A stretch of 64,000 bases of DNA from positions 94,366,001 to 94,430,000 of the forward strand of contig NC_086107.1 of assembly GCF_963921235.1 (NCBI RefSeq). Reading direction: 5' to 3'. The notes beneath the pieces were generated by a model. The model was not told the origin of the DNA, did no database searches, and worked only from the letters and a program-made list of their open reading frames with translations. This document shows positions 1-11,705 of the stretch, piece after piece. The position numbers and the translations under genes were made by a program. Position 1 is the stretch's first letter, and each line of letters starts with the position of its first letter. Origin of the DNA: Mobula hypostoma. Its lineage: Eukaryota.

Positions 1-659
1 CTAAAAAAATTGGCACAGCCCCTTTGACCCTCACCAGTATTTTACTGATGCACCACAGATAGCATCCTACCTAGATCACCTACTTGGTACGGCATCCGTT
101 CTGCCCAAGATCTCAAGAAACTGCAGAGTTGCAGACATAGACCAGGACATCATGAAAATCAACCCCTCCACCAATGAATTCTGTCTATATTTCACACACC
201 CTCAGTAAAGCGGCCAACATAATGAAAAACCCCACCTAACCCACTATTCCTCTTCACCTTCCTCCTACGGGGCAGAAGATACAAAAGCTCAGGCCACCAG
301 ACTCAAGGACAGCATTTATACCTCAGATGGTGAGGTTAACAGTCCATCTTATTGAACTAGGGGTCTGTTCATAAGACTACTGAACAGTCCCCTAGTTCCA
401 TAAGATGGACTATTAACCTCACAATCTGCCTCACTGTTACGATCTTGACCCTTGTCAGCCTGCACTGTGCGCTTTCTATGTAACTGTAACACTTTATTCC
501 GCATTCTGTTACTGCTTTTCTGTGTACTACTTCACCTTGACATAGGCTATACATAAGGCTACACAGAAAAGAAACAACAGAGGAATTGAAGATGATACAA
601 GGATAGTGTTCCTATGATTTAATGTCTTAAAATCCCTAACTCATTCCGTTCAATCTGTA

Positions 660-1033
660 TATATCCCCACCCGAGTGGTAGGGTGGAGATATGTCTCTAC
701 TAAAGGAGGTGTCAGACGCTCCTTCCCTCCACTAGCCTGCAGTTCACTCTTGGACAAGGTGTAGCACCTGCTTAGCCCTTTGATCAGGGTCATGTGAAGC
801 CATGGGAGCAGGTGGTGGACAGTCGTATGAGTAACCAGTGTACATGACAATTCCTGGTTATGCAACCACTGACGTCAGGCAAACAATCTCTGAAGAGTAT
901 TGATAATAACTGGGGTCACCCGTCTTGTAAAGACACTGCCCAGAAGGCAGCAATGGCAAACCACTTCTGTAGAAAAATCTGCCAAGGACTATCATGATCA
1001 CTATGATCACCTACATCATATGACGACGACGAC
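660..1033 (+). mobile_element. RTE-associated short retroelement (SINE-like)
   Basis: Contains GCAATGGCAAACCACTTC, resembling an RTE/BovB-type terminal motif, and ends in a (GAC)n tail; boundaries approximate. Confidence 0.45.
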
Positions 1034-1381
1034 ATCCCACCCCTCACTTCGAGACCAATCCAAAATGTGATAGCAAAGACTGAACACAGTACCACAGATA
1101 AGAATCAGGATATGGTTCTATGCAAATGATGCTGAACATTCTCTGTTTTAAATGTCAGCACCCTTAACACAATACTCAACACTATGTGAGCACTTGCCTT
1201 ACTTTGGCTGTGTTGCAAATACCGAATTTTCATGACTCCTTGTGTATTTCTAACAAGCACCAAGTGAGTTTAACAGTCGTGGTAAAGGGATAGCTATGAG
1301 TTTAGCAAAGAATGACTTACACAAACAGCCAAGGAATTAACAAAGATGCATCTGTGGTACTGAAGTTATGGGCAACACTAA

Positions 1382-2153
1382 GGCTACGCCCACACTAGAC
1401 TGGATAATTTTGAAAACGCTGGTTTCGAGTAAAAATGATAGGCATCCACACCAGGTGTTTTTGAAAATACCTCCGTCCACATTAAAACGGGTATTTGAGC
1501 GAATCGCCTCCTACTGGGCATTCGCAGGACACATCTACAGAAAGCAAGCGAAGAGGAAACGGTACACTTGGTGCACGTTTCTACATACGAGAAGAACTTA
1601 AAAGGAAATTGCCAAAGGACGGACAGCTGTTGGCTCTCGCGCAGGAGGACTTAAAACTAAAAAAACAAATACTGGAGCGTATGGAGGCAACCGACAGGGA
1701 GTTCATGGACAGTATGACCCAGCTGACAACGAACATTGAAAAACTGACTAACTCTGTTGCAGAGGGATTTGCAATGATGAGGAATACGATGGCTCCCCCC
1801 CAGTACTTTTCGCCACCACAATAGCAGCCTCACAGCCACTACAATAGCTATACATACAGACACGCAGACCCCTGGGTGGCTCCACCAGCATCTTCCCTAC
1901 TCCCACAGAGGGGTCACCCTGGAAACATTTCTCTTCACCGATGAAAGGGACAACAGGTTTGTTAAAACCTCCGGTTACCCCTGTACACACTATAATGCTC
2001 AACCGCCGTTTTCAGATTTAAACACTCTGAAGAGTGTTTTAGAAAAGCTCTTGTTTTCGGGTGAGGAAAACGCCATTTCAGTGTGGACGGAGGGTCAAAA
2101 CCAAGTGAAAAAGCTTCGGTTGCGGATTTATTCAATCTAGTGTGGAAGTAGCC
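1382..2153 (+). mobile_element. PIF/Harbinger non-autonomous deletion derivative
   Basis: TIRs GGCTACGCCCACACTAGAC...ATCTAGTGTGGAAGTAGCC flanked by TAA at 1379-1381 and 2154-2156 (Harbinger-type TSD); internal coiled-coil ORF remnant 1495-1824. Confidence 0.85.
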
Positions 2154-3456
2154 TAAATGGCAGCAAGACATTCTGCAGCAGAAGGATGAACACTGAACCA
2201 TACCACACAGGAGAAAGAAGCCCTTCAGCCCATTACGTCCGCGTCGACCAAAATGCCAATACAAACTAATCCCATCTCCCTATTCATCAGAATCAGAAAC
2301 AGGTTTCGTACCACCGGCATAGGTCATGAAATTTGTTAACTTCAAGGAGTGATCTCTCAGAAAGGCGATGTCCATTATTAAGGGCCCCCATCATCCAGGT
2401 CATGCCTCTTCTCATTGTTACTGTCAGGAAGGAGGTACAGAAGCCTGAAGGCACACACTCAGCAATTCAGAAACAGCTTCTTCCTCTCTACCATATGATT
2501 CCTAAATGGACACTGGACCCATGACCATCACCCCACTTTAAAAAAAAATGTACCTTCTGTTTTTGCACTGTTTTTAATCTATTTAATATAAATATATACT
2601 CACTGTAATTGATTTACTTACTTTTCTTTTTTTCTATATTATCATGTATTGCATTATACTGCTGCTGGTAAGTTAACAAATTTCATGACACATGATGGTG
2701 ATAATGAACTTGATTCTGATTTATTGCAGTATAGTAAAGCTTTTTATGTATCATACTGTACTGCTGCCACACAAAAGAAAATCATAACTTGTGCCTATGA
2801 GAATAAACCTAATTCTGATACAGAAGGGAACATTCACCAAATGGGGGGTGGGGGGTGGGGGGTGGAAACAATTATCCTGACCATCATTTCCATCTGATGT
2901 TTCAGATAGGAATTGAAGGTCCTGGCTCCAAAACCTGTTCCAAGAATAAAAGTTAAAAGCAAAGATTATCCATCAATATTAATTAGTGACTAGGAAGCTG
3001 TGAAATTGAATGTCTACTTAACATAACATTTTTCTCTCTTTATGTCGAATGAATGGAGCAATAAAAATTACGAGGCGGTGTTTACACAGAAAACACATTT
3101 GCCTAGTCACGTTTTACTCAGAATTCTCAGCCCTGAGGGAAATAAAAACATCCTGTCACCACAGTCAAATGATTAAAGAGCAAATGAGTGAGCACTTTGT
3201 GCAAGCAAACTGTAAGTAGTCATTAAAATAAGATTCCAATTTCTTAATGAAGACAGTGGTAATAAAGTTAGACCAAGGAGTGGCAATGAGGCCAAGCATA
3301 GATCATAAAGGGTGAAGATCGTGAGTGCAAAGATTGAAGGAGGAATAGCATCGTAATTGTGTACAAGTACACAGCTGCATAATATCTTTAACTTCAACAC
3401 GTCCCATTTACAGCTCGGAGTCAGAGTGGAGGGAGTGTTAAGTAAGTCAGCCCTAC

Positions 3457-3545
3457 CCTTTAACTGGTTCAATCACAGTAGCACCGGTGTAGTCCTCTCC
3501 ACCCTCTGTTTTCACCACAGGCATCACCAGGTCATGCTTCATCGC
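3457..3545 (-). CDS. POLD1: POLD1 coding exon (exon 14 equivalent), 89 nt
   Basis: gctag|GCG...AAA GG|gtagg; [30 protein letters not shown]. Confidence 0.96.
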
Positions 3546-4348
3546 CTAGCAACACAGATGATTAATGCAGCATCTCAGTCTATGTTGACATCTCCGGAAC
3601 TACCATGCAAATTATATTTTTAAAACAACAATTGCTATTTTATTTGATATAACAAAATAATAATAAGAGTAGAGCTTCAGAGAATACATTGCCTTTGCAC
3701 TTATACAGTAGAGCATCCTGTATAAAGAGCCCAAAGTTCATCATCTTTTTTACCTCACCTTTAACAAATGTCATATATATACCTTACCAAGTAAAACGTT
3801 ATCAGATGGTTAACAAGTGTTACTAAACAAACTGACAGTATCGCTAAAGGAAATACCAGGGAAGATAACAAAAGGTTTGTTGAAAGGTTTTTTGGAGTAA
3901 GAGATAGAATGTAGGAAATAAAGAGGGAAAAAACTCCAGAGATTAAGGCCTCAGCAACACAGTAATGGTGTAGAAGTTCAATATGAAATGACGAACATGG
4001 TGTGGTGCCTCAAAAAGACTAAGGGTATCGTCAAGGATGGCTGCCACCCTAGCCATTCTCTTTTCTATCTTCTGTTAGATTAGGGTGCAGAGTTGATAAT
4101 TTTCTTGCAAACTAACCTTCCTAGGCTTGCTTGCATTTTTATATAATCATCAATATATATGTAATAGTTCAGTGAACTTTTCAGTAATTAAGATACAGTT
4201 GCTTCTACATTTTCCGAGAAACTTCTAAGTTTGCAGCAGCAGGTGTCACGCAACTTGAACCTGGTTATTTTACAGGTTAAACATTATCATTGGGATTTTT
4301 GTTGTCTCTAGTCTGAGAGTGAGACGACCATAACTGTGTTTTCCCTTT

Positions 4349-5063
4349 CAACACACATCAAAGTTGCTGGTGAACGCAGCAGGCCAAGCAGCATCTATAG
4401 GAAGAGGCGCAGTCGACGTTTCAGGCCGAGACCCTTCGTCAGGACTAACTGAAGGAAGAGTGAGTAAGGGATTTGAAAGCTGGAGGGGGAGGGGGAGATG
4501 CAAAATGATAGGAGAAGACAGGAGGGGGAGGGATAGAGCCGAGAGCTGGACAGGTGATAGGCAATAGGGGATACGAGAGGATCATGGGACAGGAGGCCTA
4601 GGGAGAAAGACGGCGGGGGGTGACCCAGAGGATGGGCAAGAGGTATATTCAGAGGGACAGAGGGAGAAAAAGGAGAGTGAGAGAAAGAATGTGTGCATAA
4701 AAATGAGTAACAGATGGGGTACGAGGGGGAGGTGGGGCCTTAGCGGAAGTTAGAGAAGTCGATGTTCATGCCATCAGGTTGGAGGCTACCCAGACGGAAT
4801 GAGGCTTTTCATTCTAGGATGAGGGAGATGTCTTCATTTTTTAAAGAAAGGGGCTTCCCTTCCTCCACTATCAACTCTGCTCTTAAACGCATCTCCCCCA
4901 TTTCACGTACATCTGCTCTCACTCCATCCTCCCACCACCCCACTAGGAATAGGGTTCCCCTGGTCCTCACCTACCACCCCACCAGCCTCCGGGTCCAACA
5001 TATTATTCTCCGTAACTTCGGCCACCTCCAACGGGATCCCACCACTAAGCCCATCTTTCCTCC
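4349..5063. mobile_element. Young Penelope-like element with internal inversion
   Basis: 4349-4800 is the reverse complement of the Penelope 3' end (homologous to ~10080-10515); 4801-5063 is a plus-strand RT C-terminal fragment (MSSFFKERGFPSSTINSAL) homologous to ~9430-9670. Confidence 0.8.
4411..4446 (-). ncRNA. Minimal type I hammerhead ribozyme motif in a Penelope terminal repeat
   Basis: Minus strand reads AGTC-CTGACGA-AGGgtctcggCCT-GAAA-CGTC-GACT: stem I AGTC/GACT, core CUGAnGA, stem II AGG/CCT, GAAA, GUC triplet. Confidence 0.65.
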
Positions 5064-5065
5064 CA

Positions 5066-5530
5066 TCAAAATCATTCCAAGATTGAACGGCTTGTCATAT
5101 GAACAGCGTTTGATGGTTCTCAGCCTGTATTCACTAGAATTCAGAAGAATGAGGGGTGAGCTCATCGAAACCTATCGAATGGTGAAAGGCCTTGATAAAG
5201 TGAACATGGAGAGGATATTTCCTATGGCGGGAGAGTCTAAGACCAGACGGGACAGCCTCAGAATAGAGGGATGTCTATTTAGAATGGAGATGAGGAGGAA
5301 TTTCTTTAGCCAGAGAGTGGTGAATCTGTGGAATTCTTTGCCACAGGCAGTTGTAGAGGCCAAGTCTTTACGTATATTTAAGGCAGATGTTGATAGATTC
5401 TTCATTGGTTGGGGCATGAAGGGATAAGGGGAGAAGGTAGGAGATTGGGGCTGAGAGGAAAATTGGATCAGCCATGATGAAGTGGCAGAGCAAACTCGAT
5501 GAGCCAAATGGCCTGATCTTATGTTTTTAT
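5066..5530 (+). mobile_element. CR1-type LINE 3' fragment
   Basis: GLSYEQRL..LYSLEFRRMRGELIETY..FFSQRVVNLWNSLP is the conserved CR1 ORF2 C-terminus, followed by 3' UTR. Confidence 0.85.
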
Positions 5531-5910
5531 AAGGGGCTAAAACCTGCTCACAATACTGCAAGGCCTTAGAGATGCCTTATAAAGCCTCAACATTTACATC
5601 CTTGCTTTTATATTCCAGTCCTCTCAAAATAAATGCACTTGCTTTCCTCACCACAGACTCAACTTGCAAATTAACCTTTAGGGAACCCTGTACAAGGACT
5701 CCCAACTCCCTTTGCATACCAGATTTTTAAATTTTCTTTCCATTTACAAAATAATCTATGGTTTTATTTCTTATACAAAAGTGCATGACCATACACTTCC
5801 CAACAGTGTATTCCATCTGCCACTTCTTTGCTGTGTAACTCTTAATTTGTCTAAGAGTTTCTGCAGCCACCCTGCTTCCTCAAAAATATCTGCTCCTCAA
5901 CCTATCCTTG

Positions 5911-6736
5911 TGTAAGGGGTTTCTTCTTTTATGTTATTGCTAAGGCTAATAAAATGACTTCTTCATTATGTTAACTGCTGAGACAGTGGTTCTCTCTCTA
6001 GCAGCTTGTTTGGGTTATAATTACTGATAATGAGAATTGGATTCATTTGCTAACCAATTGGGATAGATGTTATTCTTTCTTGTGTGTCTGTAAGCTATTG
6101 TTTTCACGGGCTTTGTCAGAAGGCGCGATGGGGACCCCAAGCGGGAGTCCGAGGCTCAGGGTCTTCAGCAAGGAGAGGAGACGAAGACAGACTCTTGTGG
6201 AGCATCTGGTCGACTACTGTGGTTGGCAGGAGGCAAAGAATAGGAATAAAGGGAACCTTTTCTGACTAGCGGCCAGTAACTATCGGTGTTCCACAGGGGT
6301 CTGAGTTGGGACCACTTCTTTTCATGATATATGTTAATAATTTGGATGACGGAATTGATGGCTTTGTGGCTAAGTTGATACAAATGTAGGCCCCTGGTAA
6401 GCCTCAGGCTCGCTCAGCTCACTTTCGTCTAGCGGGAGCAGCCTTTGGCCCCGCCAAACTGGGTAATCAAGTTTGTGTGGATGCTGTGTGATGTACCCCA
6501 CCATGCCAAATATCAGACAGTACACCATATGCGATTAAATGATTACACTTTATAAGTATTTACTGGAATTATGTAATTAATAGAGATACAATATAAAAGG
6601 AAAGTAAAAGGTGCCAAACTTATCAAAAAGTTTAACCAGTTTGTGCACAACCGTTGGAGCTCAGTTAACATCACACAGCATCCACACAAACTTGATTACC
6701 CAGCTGAGCGAGCCTGAGGCTTACCAGGGGCCTACA
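5911..6736 (+). mobile_element. Solo LTR, internally rearranged, inserted in a CR1 fragment
   Basis: Starts TGTAAG, ends CCTACA, flanked by CTTG/TTTG; CR1 sequence continues on both sides; interior carries an inverted copy of its own right junction. Confidence 0.6.
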
Positions 6737-8359
6737 TTTGTATCATCCGCAAACTCTTTACAGGACTGTGTGGAATCGAACTTGGGTTGCTGGTGCTGTA
6801 CAGTGTTACTGCTAACTGTTATACTACCATGATGCCACAGTTTGAATGGTTTTCTATCCCGGTTTGCAACGTTGAGTTTTCGAAATGATCCGTGAATCCT
6901 ATCCTAATTTGTACTGCCTTGTTTATTTGTCTGCACTCCACTTGCTGCCCTTCCCAAGCCCCTGGTCAGTAACAAATGATTGTCTTGAACATGTTTATTG
7001 TGATTGCAAGACCGTGTTGGGGCACTGGGAACGCAGAATACGGTGAGTCAGATTCACTTGTTCAATGGCAAGACTGGCAGTGGGGGAGCTGCAATGCCTC
7101 CGTTGTTGCTCGGTCAAGGCCCTCAAGCCTCGGGGTTGTCTGTTGCGGCCACTGGGGTAAGAGACACTGGAGCCGGTTGTGTGCCACTGCCCTCCGTCCT
7201 GGGTTGAGGGCTGGCCCTCCCATTGGTGCTGCCCTCCAGTGTTCACCTGGTGGAAGACAAGCCGGTTGCCGTTCGTTTGGAGCTGAACTTGCACAAAATA
7301 AAAACCACCGTGGATGGTTCTTGCAGAAACATGGCTCCAGAACAACTTCCACGCACCATCATTCTACAGGCCATGACACTCAGGGACTTGGGCTATATTT
7401 TTTTGTAACTATGTTTTTCTACTATCACAGTTATGTGTTATAATAGCCATATGATGTATGCGACCGTTGATACTGTGTATTGCAACTTGGCTTCAGAGGA
7501 ACAGTGTTTCATTTGGCTGTATTCACGTGAATGGTTGAATGATCATTAAACGTGAACTTGATCACCAGTCTCAATGGCTTTGCCCCTCCCTATTTCTGCT
7601 ACCTCTGACTTGAGGATTCAGCTCGCCAGTTCTAGAGGTGTGGATTCAGACCAGCTCAGTGTCATAAATCAGGGTGCTTTGCGTGAAGCTCACAGGGTAA
7701 ACATTACGCAGCGATGAGTGCAATACAGCAGAATAGTGCAAAGGTAGTAGTATACTCTGAGGCAATGCAAACCAGGAGTGAAGTTTGATCCATCCAAGCA
7801 CCGTTTTGATTTGGAAAGGTCGAGTACGAGCCAGAAGCAGTCCACAGTGTATCGAGGCAGTGAGGCCGGGGCTCGGGCCCCCAGTTCAGAGGGTGACCCA
7901 GTGCCTGGACAATTTAAACGACAGGCCAGATGCACTGAAAAGGCAAGGTGTTCAGGACCGGAGGCAAGGGTCGAGCCCGTTCTGCTCCGGGACATTTAAT
8001 CCGCACTCCTCAGCGCTGAGGCTGTGCCCTTCCCCAACTGCTGTGGGTTCAGTGACTGAGCTTCGCAGTGATTTGCCCCCGTGTGAGGGACTGAGACCGG
8101 GACTATTGGCCCACTTCGGCTGCTCCCAGCTTCGGGTTTATGGACTCAATTCCGTTCTGAGTCCTGATGCTTGCTTTATTGCTTGCATGATATGATTTGC
8201 TTTTTTTCCTCTCTGCACATTGGGTGTTGCTCCTCTTTTTAAATTGGGTTCTTTCAGGTGTCTTGTTTAGTAGCTGCCTGTGAAGCAGAAGAATCTCAAA
8301 GCTATACGATTTATACGTATTTTGATAATAAAATGAACTTGGAAACAAAAAATAAAATC

Positions 8360-9030
8360 GTATCCTTAGAAAGAGGTGACGCAATCGGAAAGTGTAGAAT
8401 CCTTGTGGGTAGAGTCTGCAAAGGTAAAAAAGACCTTAATGGGAGTTATATACTGGCCTCCAAACAGTAGTAAACAGGAGGTAGAAAAGGCAAAAGGGCA
8501 CTGTTACAATAGTCATGGGGGATTTAAATATACAGGTAGAGCAGGAAAATCAGATTGGTGTGGAATGCCTACAAGATGGCTTTTTAGAGCAGCTTGTGGT
8601 TGAGCCCACTAGGGGATCAGCTATTCTGGATTGGGTGTTGTGCAGAGATCTGGAATTGATTAGCGAGCTTAAGGTAAAGGAACTCTTAGGGGCCAGTGAT
8701 TATAATATGATAAAATTTGAGAGAAAATCAGACATATCAGTATTACAGCGTAAAGGGAATTAGAGGCATTAGAGGAGAGCTGGTCAAAGTTGATTGTAAG
8801 GGGACACTCAACGAATGACTGCAGAACAACAATGGCTGGAATTTCTGGGAGCAATTCGGAAGGTACACGATAGATACAGCCCGAAGATGTAGTAGTATTC
8901 TAAGGCAGGATGACACAACTGTGGTTGACAAGGGAAGGCAAAGCCAACATAAAAGCCAAAAGAGGACATGTAATAAGAGTAAATAGTGGGAAGTTAGAGG
9001 ATTGGGAAACTTTTCAAAACCAACAGAACA
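8360..9030 (+). mobile_element. Decayed CR1 ORF2 (endonuclease region) fragment
   Basis: Motifs GVIYWPPNS, MGDLN and FLEQLVVEPTRGSAILDWVL appear in shifted frames. Confidence 0.75.
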
Positions 9031-9062
9031 TCCTCAGACTGTGTCAACCACTGAAACATACA

Positions 9063-10515
9063 ATGGAATGCCTCTTCGTTGGTTACGTGGAACAGTCTGT
9101 GCTCCAAACCTATTCTAGTACTGCTCCCCAACTTTTCCTTCGGTACATTGACGACTACATTGGTGCTGCTTCCTGCATCCATGCTGAGCTCATCAATTTC
9201 ATCGGCTTTACTTCTAACTTCCACCCAGCCCTCAAGTTCACTTGGTCTATCTCGGACACTTCTCTCCCCTTTCTCGATCTCTCGGTCTCCATCTCTGGAG
9301 ACAGACTGTTCACTAACATCTTCTGCAAGCCCACTGACTCTCATAACTATCTCAACTATACCCCTTCCCACCCCACCACATGCAAAAATGCCATTCCTTA
9401 TTCCCAGCTCCTCCGTCTCCAGGATATCTCAAATGTCCTCTTTCTTTAAGGATCGTGGTTTCCCTTCTGCTGTCATCAATGATGCCCTCACCTGCATCTC
9501 CTCCATTTCCTGCACTTCAGCTCTCAGCCCATCCTCCCGCCACCACAACAGGAACAGAGTTCCCCCTTGTCCTCACCTACCACCCCGCTAGCCTCCGGAT
9601 CCAACACATTATCCTCCACAACTTCCGCCACCTTCAACAGGACCCCACCACTAAGCACATCTTTCCCTCTCCACCTTCCGCAGGGATCGGTCTCTCTGCG
9701 ACTCCTTGGTCCACACGTCCCTCCCCACGGATCTCCCACCTGGCAATTATCCCTGTAAGCGCAAGTGCTCCACCTGTCCCTGCACCTCCTCTCTTGCCAC
9801 CATTCAGGGCCCCAAACAGTACTTCCAAGTGAGGCAACACTTCACTTGTGAGTCTGTTGGGGTCATCTACTGCATCCGGTGCTCCCGGTGCGGCCTCCTC
9901 TACATCGGTGAAACCCGACGAAGGTTGGGGGAACCGCTTCGTTGAGCACCTCTACTCCGTCCGCCAAAACAGACAGGATCTCCCAGTAGCCACCCACTTC
10001 AACTCTGCTTCCCACTCCCATTCAGATATGTCCATACATGGTTTCCTCTACTGCCATGATGAGGCTAAACTCAGGTTGGAGGAGCAACATCTCATATACC
10101 GTCTAGGTAGTCTCCAGCCTCTTGGTATGAACATAGAATTCTCCAACTTCCAGTATTTCCCTCCCCCTCCCTTCCCCATCCCTATGTCACTCTGCCCCCT
10201 CCCCCAGCTGCCTGACACCTCCCTCATGGTTCCGCTTCCTTCTATTACCCATTGTGTTTTCCCCTATTCTTTCTTCGCCTTTCCTGCCTATCACCTCCCT
10301 GCCTCCCTTCCCCCACCCCTTTATCTTTCCCCTTACTGGTTTTTCACCTGGAACCTACCAGCCTTCTCCTTCCCACCCTCCCTCCACCTTCTTTATAGGG
10401 CCTCTGCCCCTTCCCCCTACAGTCCTGACGAAGGATTCTGGCCCGAAACGTCAACTGATCGTTTCCACGGATGCTGCCCGACCTGCTGAGTTCCTCCAGC
10501 GTGTTGTGAGTGTTG
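9063..10515 (+). mobile_element. 5'-truncated Penelope-like retroelement (RT C-terminus, Cys linker, GIY-YIG endonuclease, terminal repeat)
   Basis: RYIDD RT motif; PCKRKCSTCPC linker; VIYCIRCSRCGLLYIGETRRRLG GIY-YIG motif; frameshifted; 3' end has hammerhead-like AGTC-CTGACGA...GAAACGTC at 10421-10456. Confidence 0.9.
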
Positions 10516-10837
10516 TTTTATGTCAATGTTTTGATATACATGTGACAAATAAAGTTAATCTTCCTTTGTCTTAAATCTTTCTCCAAGTGCAATTTCCTGA
10601 GAAAATAATATTGCTAATTCACCTTTACAGTTCAAATTTAGTTTTTAAACTAGATGTTATAAAAATGTATGCTCACCTTTCTCTAAAATAATTGTTATCA
10701 AGGTTAAATCGTTCACTCCCCAATCTGTTATACAAATTGACCATGGAGTTAATATGGGAGAAATTCCCATTATATCGAGAATTTTAATAATCAGTTAAAC
10801 TAATGCTTAACTAAAAAGCATCATTTAGGAGTTTTAC

Positions 10838-11029
10838 CTGTCGGAGCAATTGAGAAACTACTTTGATTTGCTGCCCTCGTGAGAGGAGGTAAGAGAGAGG
10901 GACTCCTGTTACTCTTGCCATCTCCATGTAGTTAATGACGCACATCAACTTCTCCAACAGCCGCAAGGGCAGGTAGGCATCCTTCAGGCAGTAAACAGCC
11001 AGCCGCCTTCGTGTCTGCTCATTACCATT
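10838..11029 (-). CDS. POLD1: POLD1 coding exon (exon 13 equivalent), 192 nt, ExoIII motif
   Basis: tttag|AAT...CAG|gtaaa; [64 protein letters not shown]. Confidence 0.97.
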
Positions 11030-11582
11030 CTAAAGCAAACAGAATGAGGGTGGGGAGGTGAACAAGGGGTGAAGGAAAGGTGCAGGCAACAAAGCAAAAT
11101 TAAACCAGCTGATGCCTGCAGCACACAGATCAAAACAAAATTCCACAAAATTTTACAAAATTCACAATTTTAAGTCAGGAAATAATTAAACTGTAGTTCA
11201 AAACAAATTTGACTCAATTTTATGATAGATTCATAATTTCTGGATGCGTCTGTTCGACCGCACTCCACCGTTCACTACGGAAGTCATACCCTGGATCTCC
11301 TGCTCTCAACCATCTCTCAGCCTCCTCGTCCCCCATCAACCACTATGTGAACTTGTTTTTAAAGTGGACCACTCATGAAGGACCTAGAAATGTCTTGAGC
11401 AAGTGTCGGACAACTGTTCATTGAAAGACAATGCTACCCAATTGAAACTAAGTTAAGAGGAACCATTCAGGGGAATTTCTTGCCACCAACAGATACAAAA
11501 ATTCATTCTGAGGAATTACGTCATGAATTGACAGAGCGAGGTGTCACAGCCTCTGTTCCTCATTCATCACTAAGCATGCCTA

Positions 11583-11705
<123 letters not shown>

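Noticed and set aside
1..60. Possible acceptor of the next POLD1 exon at the window edge (minus strand ttttttag)
   Set aside because: It lies within a decayed Rex-like LINE remnant; no YYDVPIATLDF-type exon was found in 1-3456, so that exon is probably outside the window.
4762..5427. 221-aa ORF as a novel gene
   Set aside because: Chance read-through of antisense Penelope, sense Penelope and CR1 fragments.
6976..8340. Overlapping GC-rich ORFs as a coding gene
   Set aside because: No recognisable domain; 3' portions resemble dispersed repeat ends seen elsewhere in the window (e.g. about 50100-50300).
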